From Schizochytrium sp. TIO01 (lineage: Eukaryota > Protista > Bigyra: Labyrinthulomycetes): 64,000 bases of DNA. A model generated the notes under the pieces. That model was not told where the DNA came from. It made no database searches and saw nothing but the letters and a program-made list of their open reading frames with translations. A program made the position numbers and the translations under genes. Within the stretch, counting starts at the first letter, position 1, and every line of letters begins with the position of its first letter. The stretch is taken from contig SMSO01000014.1 in NCBI GenBank assembly GCA_004764695.1, forward strand, positions 3,963,648-4,027,647, written 5' to 3'. Shown one piece after another: positions 11,008 to 23,176 of the stretch.

Positions 11008-13060
11008 TTTTATTAGTCGGTAGTGATGCGACTGCTGTCAACGGAGGTGGCTTTGGCGGTGAGTGGGCTTTGCGGTGAGGACGGCAGCGGTAGCTATTAT
11101 GGTTGCGAGACTGATCGAGGAAGGATTTAGAGCTCCCTCTCTCTTTCTTTCAGTTATTTTAAAAGTCTAGGAAAGAAGAACTTGAGAGAGAAATGAAAAA
11201 AGAAGTTTAACTTTCATTTTAGTGTGTATACTCATCATCATCACTCATGGAGGTAAACTTGGTCAGGATCAAAGTCTTTTCCTCACAGTCTTGCTTGGTC
11301 TTGTGACTCCTTGGTTTAGCGTGTGTGTGGGTCGTAACACCTACAAAACGAAGATTGTGCCATCATTGCGAATCGAGGCTTTGATTCTTTGATGTGATCA
11401 TCATAATTAATTCTGTATTCTAAAATATATGTATCTTTCTAAGTCTTTTAAGTTTTAAAAATCACTTGCACATACTATAGTAGTAATATGATTTTTTTAA
11501 TTTGCTTCAAAAGAAACAAATTATTAATTGGACAATCATTACAATTGATTATAATAAACAAAAGACAAAAGAAAGCTGTGCTTAGTTTTTGGTTTCCAAA
11601 TGGCCATGTGAAACCGAAGCGTGAAGAAAAAAAGCTTCTGAGCTGGGACGTCAAAGCAAGATGAAATGTCGTAAGAAAACTATGTTATCTGATACCTTTT
11701 TAGTTGTTCTGATCTGTGAAAAAAGCGAGTGATACGACTTGATTTATTTAAGCCAGTGCTTACTTGAAAAATAATAATAAAAGTAAAAAAGTAAAAGAAA
11801 GAAGTAAAAGTATGTCTTCATTTTGATGTGTTGAGCTCTCCAACTCTTGAGCTCTCAAAGCATAAACTTAGTGCCCTGATCGGACCAGCATTCGTTCTCT
11901 CTCGTGTACGTAATTCATGTATAATTCATTATTCTAAGATGTGATTTGATTAGTGTAGGTCAAGAAACAAACAACTGCCAAGTGGCACAGTAAATGGCCT
12001 AATCCACCACCGTTCATGGCTGGCATATCTGTAAAATAAACCCAGTATATCTATTATAAATATAGCATATCTGGAACCACACAAATCCAGGCTGGAGGGC
12101 AGTTAGACCTCTTTACCATGATAGCCCCTTTTCATAATAAGTCCTATTTTATTTTTTCCCATCTTGTACCTTGACTTTCGCTTCAGCATGAGAGGTGGCT
12201 CAGAGTGAGGATGCCAGAGTAAATGAAAGAGAATCCTCTCTGAGAGGCCACTATTTAGCTTCCTACGATTTTTGAAGAAACAGTTTTCATGTAAAAAATC
12301 CTCTCTTGTACCTACTTCTTGTACCCATAACTACTGCTACTACATACTACCTATCTATGTCTTTCTCGAAGGAAGGTGCTAGTAGGCATTCTTAGCAGTA
12401 ACATCTATGCAGGTAGGTAATGGTCCAATGTGCGATGAAGTGAAATCTTGAGTGTATAGCAAATCCTTGATATTTCATTTGTGCAAAGTGTAAAGTAGAC
12501 ACCTACACCCAAGCTGAGCAGTAAGAGCTATTCATGCTTCCACGCAAAGCTAGAACAATGACGCAGTGAATGATTAGTAAGTGATCTTCAAAATTTAAGA
12601 GTAAACCTCTCTTGAAGGGGGTTTCAGGTGACCAGTTCCTTTAAAAACTAAAGAGCGCCATGATCTTCCTGAATTGCTCTTCAATGCAATGCAGGCTAGA
12701 ATTCCCATAACATAAATGCGTGCTATGTACCATACAACTTGCTGTTGTCAATGTTATCATGCCCTTTTATTCTTTTCTTTTTAACAATAAGGGAAGGGGA
12801 AACAGATATGTGTTATCATGAAATATATTTCGAAGACTACTCGGAGCCAACTACCTTCATCGCACGGCATTTGCTTCTACGCTGAAGACAATGATAAGAT
12901 TCTAATATTAAAAAATTAAAAAATGCATTTAAAACGGGATTAATTCTTCTTCCATGAATGATTTTATTTGATTTTTCTAGGATGTATTATTATTTGTTTT
13001 TAATGACATCGGTATGTAGCTGTTGAAAATTTACACAACGCTCGTAAAGGTAGCGTTTTT

Positions 13061-14422
13061 TCATATAGTAACAATATATTGCATAAATGCTTCTTCATAC
13101 TCGGCCCTGAGCCTTTGTAAGGATTCTGTATACGCACAATATGACAAAACAAGGAATACAGAATCATGGCCTTCGATGCTGGCAACTATTGCAGAAGATT
13201 GGCCTTTGAGAGCTCGCACATCTTTACGAAGGAAATTCTTACGCACCTCCTTTCCAGACCAAACATCAATAATGCTGGTGATATTCCCACTTGCAGAAAT
13301 GCCAAGCAAGCCGGGGTCAACACGGATGGAATCAGGTGCTGCACCACGAGGATTGTCATTAAGAATAAGGAGAGCTGCTCGATCACCGCTAAGAGGCTTG
13401 GTCCAGACCTGGAGGGCCCTCCCTTGTGAGCCAGTTGTTTGATAGACCATAGAACCCGGATGCCCTGCCCACTCCTGGTTAATTGCAATGGCAAGTTTGT
13501 TAGATATAATCGGCCAAATCTCTTGTGTGATGGATGAGTTTGTTATTTTGTAGCCAAGAATTAGAGGAGAGCTCACAATACACCACGCAGCAAAATGAGC
13601 TTTATTCTCACGAGAATCCTTGAGTAAACCTACCTCCAGCATGTCGGGATATGCCCAACATCCAGGTCGGGAGATAGGGGCCTTACCTTGGTATGGGATT
13701 GTGGTCTGGAGGTTAGCAAACATGGATTCCCAACTCGCGGAAATATCGCCACTAGTTCGGAACATGTGGTATGGACAATCACGAAGGGTGGGCACTGTTC
13801 TCCCCCAGTGGCAGTTTTCAATCATCATTTTACCTGCGTGCATCCCCTGGTTAAATAGTTGGTAATATATATTAAGATCCCAAAATGCACCGCAACCGTC
13901 CAGCTTGGTGGAATCAAATCCGTACAGAAAATGAGCCTTTACATCACCAATATAATGGGCATTGTTGGACCAAACATTTTTTTTTTCTGCGCAAATACAG
14001 TTGTTACCATACCAACCAGCTTTGAGTCCGAGGGCATGGATGTCATCTGTCATCTTTTTTAGGTCAGGGAAGAGTTCGGTGTTGATGAGAGGCATCCCCT
14101 GTTGATCATGAAAAGTATTGTGGAACCCTTTGTTACAGGCTTGCCAATTATCATCGAGGCCAACGTCATTGAACCCAAGGTCAAGGAGAGATATGCCTCC
14201 TGTGTTTACTGGACGGCCATTTACATCACGTTTTTGTGCGATCTCCCTGGCGGCCTTTACAATGATGTCTTGGCTTACTTTATCGTGGTATGCATTCCAG
14301 GATCGCCAGCCCATGGGCGGAGTCCTTGCAAGTCCATCTTCAGCAGCCTCTATCATGTCAAGCGAACCAAGTCCGAGGATGCAGAGTATCCCAAGCCAGA
14401 TAAGATCTACGATCCCCTTCAT
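13061..14422 (-). CDS. Secreted alpha-galactosidase (GH27)
   Basis: Signal peptide, DGLARTPPMGWRSWN, LDDNWQ, KLDGC, RTSGDI, GCWAYPDMLEVG, HFAAWCIVSSPLILG. Confidence 0.93.
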   Translation of the reverse strand: MKGIVDLIWLGILCILGLGSLDMIEAAEDGLARTPPMGWRSWNAYHDKVSQDIIVKAAREIAQKRDVNGRPVNTGGISLLDLGFNDVGLDDNWQACNKGFHNTFHDQQGMPLINTELFPDLKKMTDDIHALGLKAGWYGNNCICAEKKNVWSNNAHYIGDVKAHFLYGFDSTKLDGCGAFWDLNIYYQLFNQGMHAGKMMIENCHWGRTVPTLRDCPYHMFRTSGDISASWESMFANLQTTIPYQGKAPISRPGCWAYPDMLEVGLLKDSRENKAHFAAWCIVSSPLILGYKITNSSITQEIWPIISNKLAIAINQEWAGHPGSMVYQTTGSQGRALQVWTKPLSGDRAALLILNDNPRGAAPDSIRVDPGLLGISASGNITSIIDVWSGKEVRKNFLRKDVRALKGQSSAIVASIEGHDSVFLVLSYCAYTESLQRLRAEYEEAFMQYIVTI

Positions 14423-14876
14423 TCTTCCAGTTTCTTTTCAAGGTTGGTCAACTCTATGCCCTATCCTATCTCACCAGAAGAACCTCGCTTGACTACTGTC
14501 AAGTCACCACGTGTGCAGATCGACGCACAGCAACGCCAATTTAGTCCCTTGCAAAGGTGGCTAGCCTCGTCGTGGATAGCGATCTATAATCTAGAGTATA
14601 TCCGGGACTTTAAAAGTTCATAATAATTCGTTATACTAAAATATAAATATGTAGGCCATCATTGGTATTTATAACGCCAGAACAGTTTAATAATATTTTT
14701 TCCAAAAGTAAGAGAACAGAGTATGATTGAGCTTAATGTAGAGGTTATGTGTTCTTATGCACACATGTGTTAAATACCCCCAACAAAACTTTGTGAATGC
14801 CCTTCAAGCTCATATACATAGATTCACGAATCAAGAAGAATTGTTTTGTTTTAAAGATAAAATAGGGCTTCATGTA

Positions 14877-15000
14877 ATTGTTGATATTTGACCTCTTAGT
14901 TTTTAAACTATAAAATTTGCAAAACTTGCATTTCATAGAAGGAGCAAGACTCCATCACGAGCTAGTTAGACTAACCCGCGACTCAATGAAATGATTTTTT
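14877..15000 (-). ncRNA. Predicted omega-RNA of Fanzor copy 2 with a different flank-derived guide
   Basis: Same stems as copy 1. The variant segment GGAG-TCTTG-CTCC forms a small hairpin whose loop could pair with the terminal AAGA. Guide would begin GTCAAATATCAACAAT. Confidence 0.6.
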
Positions 15001-16938
15001 TTAAATCATGTCCTTGGATAGGTAGCGTAAAAGGATGCCTCTTGCGGCATGGACATCACGGTCTGCTACATGGTTGCACTTGGGATTAGGGCATTGGAAA
15101 ATCTTGGATGCCCCGAGGTTATGGTGGAGGGTACCACACTCATTGCATGTTTTGGAAGTGTAACTTTCTTGGCAAAGAACAAGCTTGCACCACGGGAACA
15201 TCTCAGCCTTATGAATGAGAGCCTGGCGGAACCCAAAATGGGACCAACGACACATCATTCGAACAGACTTCTTGGATATCCGTCGCTCCATCCTCCTGCT
15301 CATCTTAGAGGTTTCGAATTTGGGCAAGAGAATAACACGATAGTTTTCACAAAGCCAAAGCGCGAGCTTGCGGTGAATCTCAGTGATCTTGTTCTTGATC
15401 TTGAGTTGGGCGCGATAGAAGGCGCGCTTCAAGGGGGTGTTGAAATTGTCTTTATCACTGGATGCAGTTTTCTTTTTATCAATGCTGCTTTGGATCTTAT
15501 CAACGCGGCGACAGAGATAGAATATGGTTCTAAAATCTTTCCCTGTGCCCCATTCAATGGCGCGGCCATCGGCGTCATACATCGTCTGAAACGAGCGAAC
15601 ACCCGGGTCTAGAGCAATGACACCATGGTGCGCCTTGGGTGCCTGGTCCATTGGACGCTTTTTTTCTTCTCGTAAGAAGCAGAAGTAGACATGCCCAAGG
15701 CGATTCATTTGCACACGCATGGCGTTCGAAATCTGGTCGGGGAACTTTTCTTTACGTATTCGGAATTCTTTTAGAAAGTTGGAGGTCTTTGATTTCTTCG
15801 CATTCCAGGTACGTGCATTCACTTCGAAAATCTGTGATTCATCACGCTTGGTCCGAAACTTCTAAAAAGATTGCTCATGGACTTTCTTTTGTACAGCGAG
15901 TTCTTCGTTTTTGGCTCGTCCCGAGTTAATAGCCTTGAAGAAATCCAGAATCCCGGAATCACGGATAGCCTGTGGGACCTCGAGAACCCATTTAGGAGCA
16001 TCATGTCTTTCTTTATATCGGACGGCCTTCAGTTCTCCACCAAGGGCCCCATGTGTTTTTGGATTCCCATCTTCATCTACCAAAACCTGCTTCGTCTTGG
16101 GATCCTTTCTAATACACGCTTCTTGATGCAATTTGATGGCTTCTTCCTCGCCCTTCGCCACATCTCGGTGAAACGCAACGCCAATATTGTAGGCTCTTCT
16201 AGTGACACCAAACCATTTAAGCAACTGTGTACGTTGATCTTTAGTAGGATATACCCTAACCTTTCTGGCACGGACAAGGTTATATTCTTTCTTGATGGTC
16301 TTGCGCGCCTTCGTGCGAGCTCGCTTCTTCCTCGCTGCGTCGTCGCCGTCTATTTTGCGCTGCTCGTTTTCCGTGATGCGATGCCACAAAGACGGTGATG
16401 ATTCCGAGGAGGTCTTTGGTGAAGGTGTCTGAGTCTCCGGCATGTGCATCTTGGCCGTGTACCACGAGTTTGACATTTTATCTTTCGAAAAGGTGTTCCA
16501 AGAGGTCGACTGCGATTCGCGCAAGTCGGTCGCGGTGCATGACCACAACTTGGCCGATTCCGCCGCGGTCACAGGCGTCCAGTAGGGAGCACAGACCTTG
16601 GCGTTTGAAATTGACCCCGCTACCGATGTCTTTGTAGACGGCGGAAGCATCTGGGTAGGCGCGCTGGAGATCGCCAACCTGGCGTTCGAGGTCCTCCTTT
16701 TGCTTGACCGAGGACACTCTGGCGTAGATAACGGTACATCCAGAGCTGCGTTGCTCGCGGCCGGTGGAACCGCAATCAAAGATGCGCTCAACATCGTCGC
16801 TGGCATAGATGCGCTTGCCTCCGGGGAAGCGCGCGAAGCGCACGCGTCCGCCGTCGGCCCAGCCCCGAAGGGCGCTTGCTGAGACCCCAAACTTCCGGTG
16901 AAAGAACTTTGCTGGTTTGTATTCGAGGTTTGCTCCAC
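15001..16938 (-). pseudogene. Fanzor2, copy 2, with premature stop
   Basis: ORFs 15862-16938 and 15001-15822 are one frame split by TAT->TAG at 15862-15864 (copy 1 reads ERSFYKFR, copy 2 reads EQSF*KFR). Confidence 0.88.
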
Positions 16939-16978
16939 TTGCAGTGTTTGGAGCTTGTCGGTTCCTCGGCCTCCCCAT
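16280..16978 (-). pseudogene. tnpA: IS607 TnpA serine recombinase, copy 2, with premature stop
   Basis: N-terminal MerR-like HTH (FGVSASALRGW...PGGKRIY), catalytic VIYARVSS, DIGSG, RDRLAR. AAA->TAA at 16478-16480 relative to copy 1. Confidence 0.88.
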
Positions 16979-17744
16979 TTTCTTATCTAACCTCTACTTC
17001 TTATTAATAATCTAACTAAACATAATATATGGTTAATATGAAACAATCACATCGAAATATAAGTTATCGAACTTTTAACGTTTTTTGTTATACCTGTTCC
17101 TTTTACACTTATAGTTAACAATAGACCACTACTAGCTTCGGGTTTAAATCAAATTTAAAATGTGGTTCTGTGGACATATTGTTAGATCATTGTTCTGTAG
17201 AGTTTCTTCTAGCAGCGAAGCGCTCTTCAGATCGAAGCTGTAACAGGGATATACGCTTCTTTGAAACTGAAGTTGAGACGAAAAGGAAACCTCAGAAGGA
17301 ATTATACTCTGAGTCTCAATTGATTTTCAAGGTGTCGTTACCGCGTTGCAGAGAACACCATATGATAACGCTGAAGGTCAGGAATAGAAGGTTGCTCCAT
17401 ATGAGACAATGAAATTTAAAAACGAAAATCTCGTCTGCTCCCATTGAAACGACGCAAACAATAGACTCTGTTGGCAGTTCATGAATTCTGACCCCAAGGG
17501 TCCACATTTTGGCATGAGAAGACCAATGCATATTGTTTGTTTCAGGGTTTTCATAAAATTACAATATCTTTTGACAATACCACAATATAATCAGATGCGT
17601 GGTGAAAGGACATTTGATTTGGGTGGCGCTGTGCCGTATTAAACTTTATCCCGATTGCTCTGTTTAAACATGTAAATGTTTGTTATCATGATATTTGCTG
17701 TATTACTGCTTATGGTTTACTCTTGACTTGCAAAGTTCAGTAGA

Positions 17745-20273
17745 CTACATATTCAGGGATGGTCCCTTCAGCGGCTCAATACGTGAATTGGTGATGTCCT
17801 CGTCTTCCAATGCTTCGCTGTTTTGTAGAATGTTATTTTCTGAGATACTTACGGTGGCAATAAATGAAGTATTTCTATCCTCAGGTTTGCGCAGCCTGCT
17901 TCTCGCCGTCTGATTGAATGACTTATGTTGATTTGATGCAAGAGAAGGTGATGTTTCATCAAGAGCAAGAAGATCTCTAACTGAGCTCTGTGGTGTGGGA
18001 GGTGTGTGATGATGGACCAATTCAGCTTCTGTAGGTCGTGGGCGCTCAGGAAGTGATCGCGAGGACAACTTGATCACCGTTTCCATAGAAGAGGACTTGG
18101 GTACATGCGAGGATCGCTGTTCCGCATAGTTGCAAACATTTAGCCCGAGAACGGCTGCAGTAGAAGGATGAGCTCCTTCTTGTCTGGTCTCGTCGTTATC
18201 ATTATCAGGTCCTTGAACAATCTCAGACAACTGACGTGCGATACTTCGATTATGAGGGCTTGAAGCAACTTCTTGAGAGGACTCTCCCAGCTCTGTATCG
18301 TTGCCCGTGTTCAAATCGTCCTGTTCTTTAGATGAGCACTGGTTTTGGTTTGTACTACTAATATCGCGTTTGCAAGCCGAAACAAACGACCAAAGCAATT
18401 TCGCCTTTGCCCCAACCCCATGAGGTAGCGAAAACTGGAGCTCGCACTCTTTGTAGATAATTATCACCCCAATTACAACAGTCCAAATGGTAATAATATC
18501 CTTCACAGCTCGATTGACTTGAAGCAAGTCAATACCAAAGTATATTTGAATGTACGCAACAATCGGTAGGATGCGACCAATTATACGGTGAACTGGACGA
18601 ATAAATGCTTGACGAACACGTGTAAGTATAAAGACGATGACTCGGGGAGGCACGAACGGTATTCCCGACGACACTGTCTTTTCTACATAAGTTTTGATCT
18701 CAACTATAAGATCTTCAGGGAGTTCTTCAAGATGATGATATAGTCTATGCAATAATTCTTGAGGCCCATTATCCATTTCTTTAAACTTTGAAAACACAGA
18801 CTCGGCGCCATCGGAAAGTTCAGCCCCTGAATACGACATTGTAACGCGCTTTGAGTATTTGGAACAAAGGTATGCAGAAGTACCAAGGCCAGCTTGAAGA
18901 AGCGATGTATAAACCAGAATAGTACCCAGAACAGCATGCGATGACTGAAAGTGTTTATCAACAAAACGCTGAGCTAAATAATAGCCAGGTAAAGTGAGCA
19001 CAGTATTAATACCTTGGATAATTTTATGAGCTCCGAGCCACCATGCTGTGTGACGCTCATAGCGCGCAATCATGGCACCTACACAAATATTTATTCCCCA
19101 GATCATATACATGAGCATGCCGTGCGCTACCTGGAGATCCCTCTTATCTCGATTTCCAGCAATAGCAAGCCTTCCCCCACTTCCTGATAGATCAGCTTCT
19201 AAGATGTATCCACGGTTGGTCGGCGCGTGGCGTTTTAAGAAGGAGTTAGATCCAGCCTTTGGCATAGATGCTACATTTTGAAATGACCAAATAAGATTCT
19301 CGTATTGTTTTGAGAAAGCTTTATCTTGGTTGTCAGGGTCAGTTTCCCAGCGCAAGCGTTTTTCACACACCAATGTGACTGATCCGTTCTCCATAACTGC
19401 CGATACGAGCTCCACATCTTGTACGATATCGAGCTCTGGTCCAGCATAACGACTCCCGCTTCCTCGTGTGAAAAAGTCACCACAAAATGGAGTTCCATCG
19501 AGCTCCGCAGCAATCACCATATCTGCGTTGAGCATGCTTTCGCCAAAACCAAGGCCCAGAAATTGACCTCTAGGGAAAACAAAGGTTATTTGTAGATAAG
19601 TAGCATGTTCAATGAGTTGAACTGAAGTACCCGTGGCGTCGAGAAGATTAAGCTGCAGAGAGTGTGTTGGCGAGAGCGTGTAAATGCTACCTTCGCATTG
19701 CTCCTCTACTTGTCCAAGCTCAAGTAAAGAGTCTACTGTCTGATTCCAAGACCATGGGTCTACGGTGCTCAGAGGTGCGCCCTGCCAAAGACCATGTACG
19801 TTGCAATATGCATAAGGCACAATGACTCCTCCGAGATCCCCGAGTAGGTCTGCGGTAATGTCTACAACTGTATCTCCAAGTTCACAAACAGCAGCGTAGA
19901 GAATGCTGCCATCAACTTGGTCACGTACATAGACATACTCGATAATGTGAACATATTCTACAAGTATATCTGGCTTCCATACCATCTCATGAGGCACACG
20001 TATAGCCACTGTTTTATCTGAGGCCTGCCACATTTGCGGGATATGTCGCTCGGCAAGGTCTTGAGAGTCGTCTACTTTGGGCCATTCTGTACTGTTGAAC
20101 CATCTCTCGCCATCTCCACTTTCTTGTACAAAAGGCAAGGAGGAATGGTTTAGTTCGAGTTCACTTACTAGCTCTGCCCACTCGCTTTGCGGCAGAACAC
20201 GAAGTGCTTTGGTCCTAAATGGAAGGCCCAGGAGCAATGCCACAAGCCTTATAAACGAGCTTGAAGGCACCAT
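17745..20273 (-). CDS. Membrane redox protein: signal peptide + superoxide-reductase-like domain + DOMON + cytochrome b561
   Basis: ERHIP, PHEM..HII and YAYCNVHGLW are SOR/desulfoferrodoxin iron-site motifs. FLGLGFGESMLNADMV is DOMON. AHGMLM, WWLGAHKIIQ, SSHAVLG and HRIIGR supply four b561-type His in TM helices. Confidence 0.75.
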   Translation of the reverse strand: MVPSSSFIRLVALLLGLPFRTKALRVLPQSEWAELVSELELNHSSLPFVQESGDGERWFNSTEWPKVDDSQDLAERHIPQMWQASDKTVAIRVPHEMVWKPDILVEYVHIIEYVYVRDQVDGSILYAAVCELGDTVVDITADLLGDLGGVIVPYAYCNVHGLWQGAPLSTVDPWSWNQTVDSLLELGQVEEQCEGSIYTLSPTHSLQLNLLDATGTSVQLIEHATYLQITFVFPRGQFLGLGFGESMLNADMVIAAELDGTPFCGDFFTRGSGSRYAGPELDIVQDVELVSAVMENGSVTLVCEKRLRWETDPDNQDKAFSKQYENLIWSFQNVASMPKAGSNSFLKRHAPTNRGYILEADLSGSGGRLAIAGNRDKRDLQVAHGMLMYMIWGINICVGAMIARYERHTAWWLGAHKIIQGINTVLTLPGYYLAQRFVDKHFQSSHAVLGTILVYTSLLQAGLGTSAYLCSKYSKRVTMSYSGAELSDGAESVFSKFKEMDNGPQELLHRLYHHLEELPEDLIVEIKTYVEKTVSSGIPFVPPRVIVFILTRVRQAFIRPVHRIIGRILPIVAYIQIYFGIDLLQVNRAVKDIITIWTVVIGVIIIYKECELQFSLPHGVGAKAKLLWSFVSACKRDISSTNQNQCSSKEQDDLNTGNDTELGESSQEVASSPHNRSIARQLSEIVQGPDNDNDETRQEGAHPSTAAVLGLNVCNYAEQRSSHVPKSSSMETVIKLSSRSLPERPRPTEAELVHHHTPPTPQSSVRDLLALDETSPSLASNQHKSFNQTARSRLRKPEDRNTSFIATVSISENNILQNSEALEDEDITNSRIEPLKGPSLNM

Positions 20274-23176
20274 GACTTCACGAAAGACTCGTTTTCCTAT
20301 AGATCTGGGCAGAGGTTATGCTTTGTTGCAGTGTTCGTTGCCTGCCCGAGTGACAAAACTCAGAAACGACAATGAAAATGATCCAAAGCAACCACAACCC
20401 GTTAAATGGTTTTGGGTAAGCTGGTTCGAGAGTGCGAGCGTTTCTCAGTCCGCAGTTAGTTCTTCTGAGAGTGCTTCGTTGCTCTCGAGTTGTGTGTCTT
20501 GCCGTGTTACAATGTGTTTGTTCCCATGCACGCCTGGCGCTTTCCAAGAGCTTATGGCTAAGCTCGCCACAGATCTGCATCAAGGTGATTGCCTCAGATC
20601 CCCTTGTTGATTTGCAAAAGTCACTTGAAGGCCTTCATCACTCACTTGCTCCAAGATACTAGGTACCAGGTATTACCCATCTCACCTATTTAGTTCGTAT
20701 AATATCAAGACCATGCTATATCCACGTAGTCCCTAGTAGAATACTCTTTCCTATCGCTGTGCGTACATGATGGCCATCATTGTCATGGACCATACATTAC
20801 TACGTGTGTTGAGGGTCATCTTTTCGAGTGCAAGTTTCAAGTTACTGAGAAGCTAGGTACTCTACTAAGGAGCTGGGAAGCTAGCTAGTTTTTTTCTACT
20901 TATCATCTGCGGACCGTGCATCCTTTCGGGAATTATTGATGAGCCATTCTAAAAAATGTTCATCAACCCGTGTTTGGGATCGGCCCTGTTGTACGAAGGA
21001 CCTCCACATCTGTCCTCATGGCCGCCTCGTATGCAAATGGCATTAGTTCCAGTACAAGATAGAATGCCAGCGCGGTGTCCACCACTGCCAGTGCTCAGCA
21101 ATCCCAATTTTGAGGAAAACTTTCTATTTATAATTACACTTGGAACTCGGGAGTGCATTTTGTAGCAGCAGAATGCCACAATAGTTTTCGCGCTGGCCTT
21201 GCTGAAGGCTCTAGAGCAGCTGCAGGCCAAGCTGACCTTAAAGCCATCGAGCGACTTGGAAGGGATGATTAACTACCGGCGATCAGAACCTGTACCAGTC
21301 TCGGATTGAAGGCACTCGAGGCGCGCGCGGTGTGAACGAACCTTCTACTGGCTAAAAATAGCATCAGACGCATAACAATGTTCGATTCGGGTAAAAAAAA
21401 TGAAAATAAGTTATCTCTAGCTAGAGAAAAATATATATGAAGTAAATTATCTGTTTACTTTTTTGACTAATAGCGCCTCGCCCTAATAGCGCTGGGCAAA
21501 GTCCTGTATTAGTGCATACGATGTATCCAAACATTTACGTGGTGCGAATACTATTGCACTCACTTTCCATGTTTTTCTATTAGATATGTGTGAAAGCTTT
21601 GAAGTAGGCTGTGCTTTTAGAACTTGATCTTGTAGCCAAGTAAATGATTGCAGTACTTTACTATTAGGTTTGCATCTAGGCATAAACAGCTCAGCTTAGT
21701 AATCCTACTCTAGAGAGCATATATGCATTAACTTGGAGCTTTACTCAGCGTCAAAGGATTGATATAATTACCTCTGACTAGTGAGAGCGTTACGAAGTCC
21801 TCGCCCCATCAATCCACATTTATTATGGGATGATACACAAAAAACCTTCATTGATCTCGCCCTTTTAGCTAATGTAAAATTAGCAAGCAACTATTTTGAT
21901 TAAAGCCCTTTGTAACGGATCACGATTCCAGTATTGGCCCGACTAGAAAATCAAGATTAAAAAAGCACGATAAACAAACAGAAAGGAAAATCTGTTGATT
22001 GACAGCACAACAGTGTAGTATCTCGAAGCGAGAAATCAGTCCTAAATAATCTTTGTGCGACGAGAATAATTGTATTGGTTGAAAACAGCGCATGTATACT
22101 TATTTGTGAGGGATGATCAATTACCAAAATAATTAACCATCATAGTTATTTCGGTCGCTGTAAGCGATCAATTGAGCTGGCAAGGATGCTGTACAACATC
22201 ACCATTGAGAAGCGCAATCATCATTTCTTCAAATGTTGTGCACAAATGTTGACAGTCTTCTTGATAAGACTTCTTTAGCACCTTTGAAATTCTACTATTA
22301 TTAAGTTGAGCTGCAAGCTAACTTACCACTAAGACGGAATAGATGGTCTATAGAGATACCTGAGTGCACCTTTGCGATTTTTGTAAAGGTGGTCAAGGGA
22401 GCACTGACACCGTGACTACAACTTAGAATCATTTTTAAAAAATAGTTTTTAGAAAGGAAAAGAGTTCTTGACTCACCCATCGAAAAGAAGCCATTCAGAA
22501 TTAAAAGATCAATCTACCGTAAAGTTGGATACGATATAACTATGACTTTGCAACTTGGTGACTTTGCACCTCTGAAGTTCCAAATAAGTAGACCTTGAGG
22601 CTCCGCCCGTGGTAACTTTGAAGTCATCCATCTCTACTCTAGCTGGAGATGAAAAACAATTAACTATGAAAGTACCAGCTAGAGTAAGACTTCGATTACC
22701 ATCTATAATAATGTACCCAAATGGCAGTGTGCACCAGGGTCTTAGTGTTAAATACTAGTAGGAGATAGGGAGTCATCGCAACGGTGCACGCGCGGAGGAG
22801 CACTCCGCGCGCTGGTAAATTTAGTATAGAGATAGCTCTAGCTGGTTTTCAAAACCTTCCACTACTCTTAGAGTTAAACTGATCAGCGCATAAAGGGAAA
22901 TGGTCTCAATTTTAGGTAGGTACTAGATACTGCAAGTTGAAGTTGGGAGACACGTTTAAAACTGCCAATTATGTATATAGGTAGATACACCTATCTACCT
23001 TCGTGCACCATGGAAATTGCAAAACCAAATCATCAGTGGAGCCTTCGTGACGAGGCTCAGGCAAAGCGGGCTTTCGTTGCTCTTCTGGGCGAAACAAAGC
23101 AGGAAGCTCAGTAGCGTATCAACTATTGGCAAGAAGAGTTGGGGAGGAGAACCGGGCTTCAAGTGGCGTACACATA

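Larger units (their letters stand above)
14893..17000 (-). mobile_element. IS607-like Fanzor2 transposon, copy 2 (inactivated; left end not resolved, roughly 17000-17150)
   Basis: Inverted near-identical copy of 1-1749. Right end at 14893. Carries full TnpA and Fanzor frames, each interrupted by one stop codon. Confidence 0.9.
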
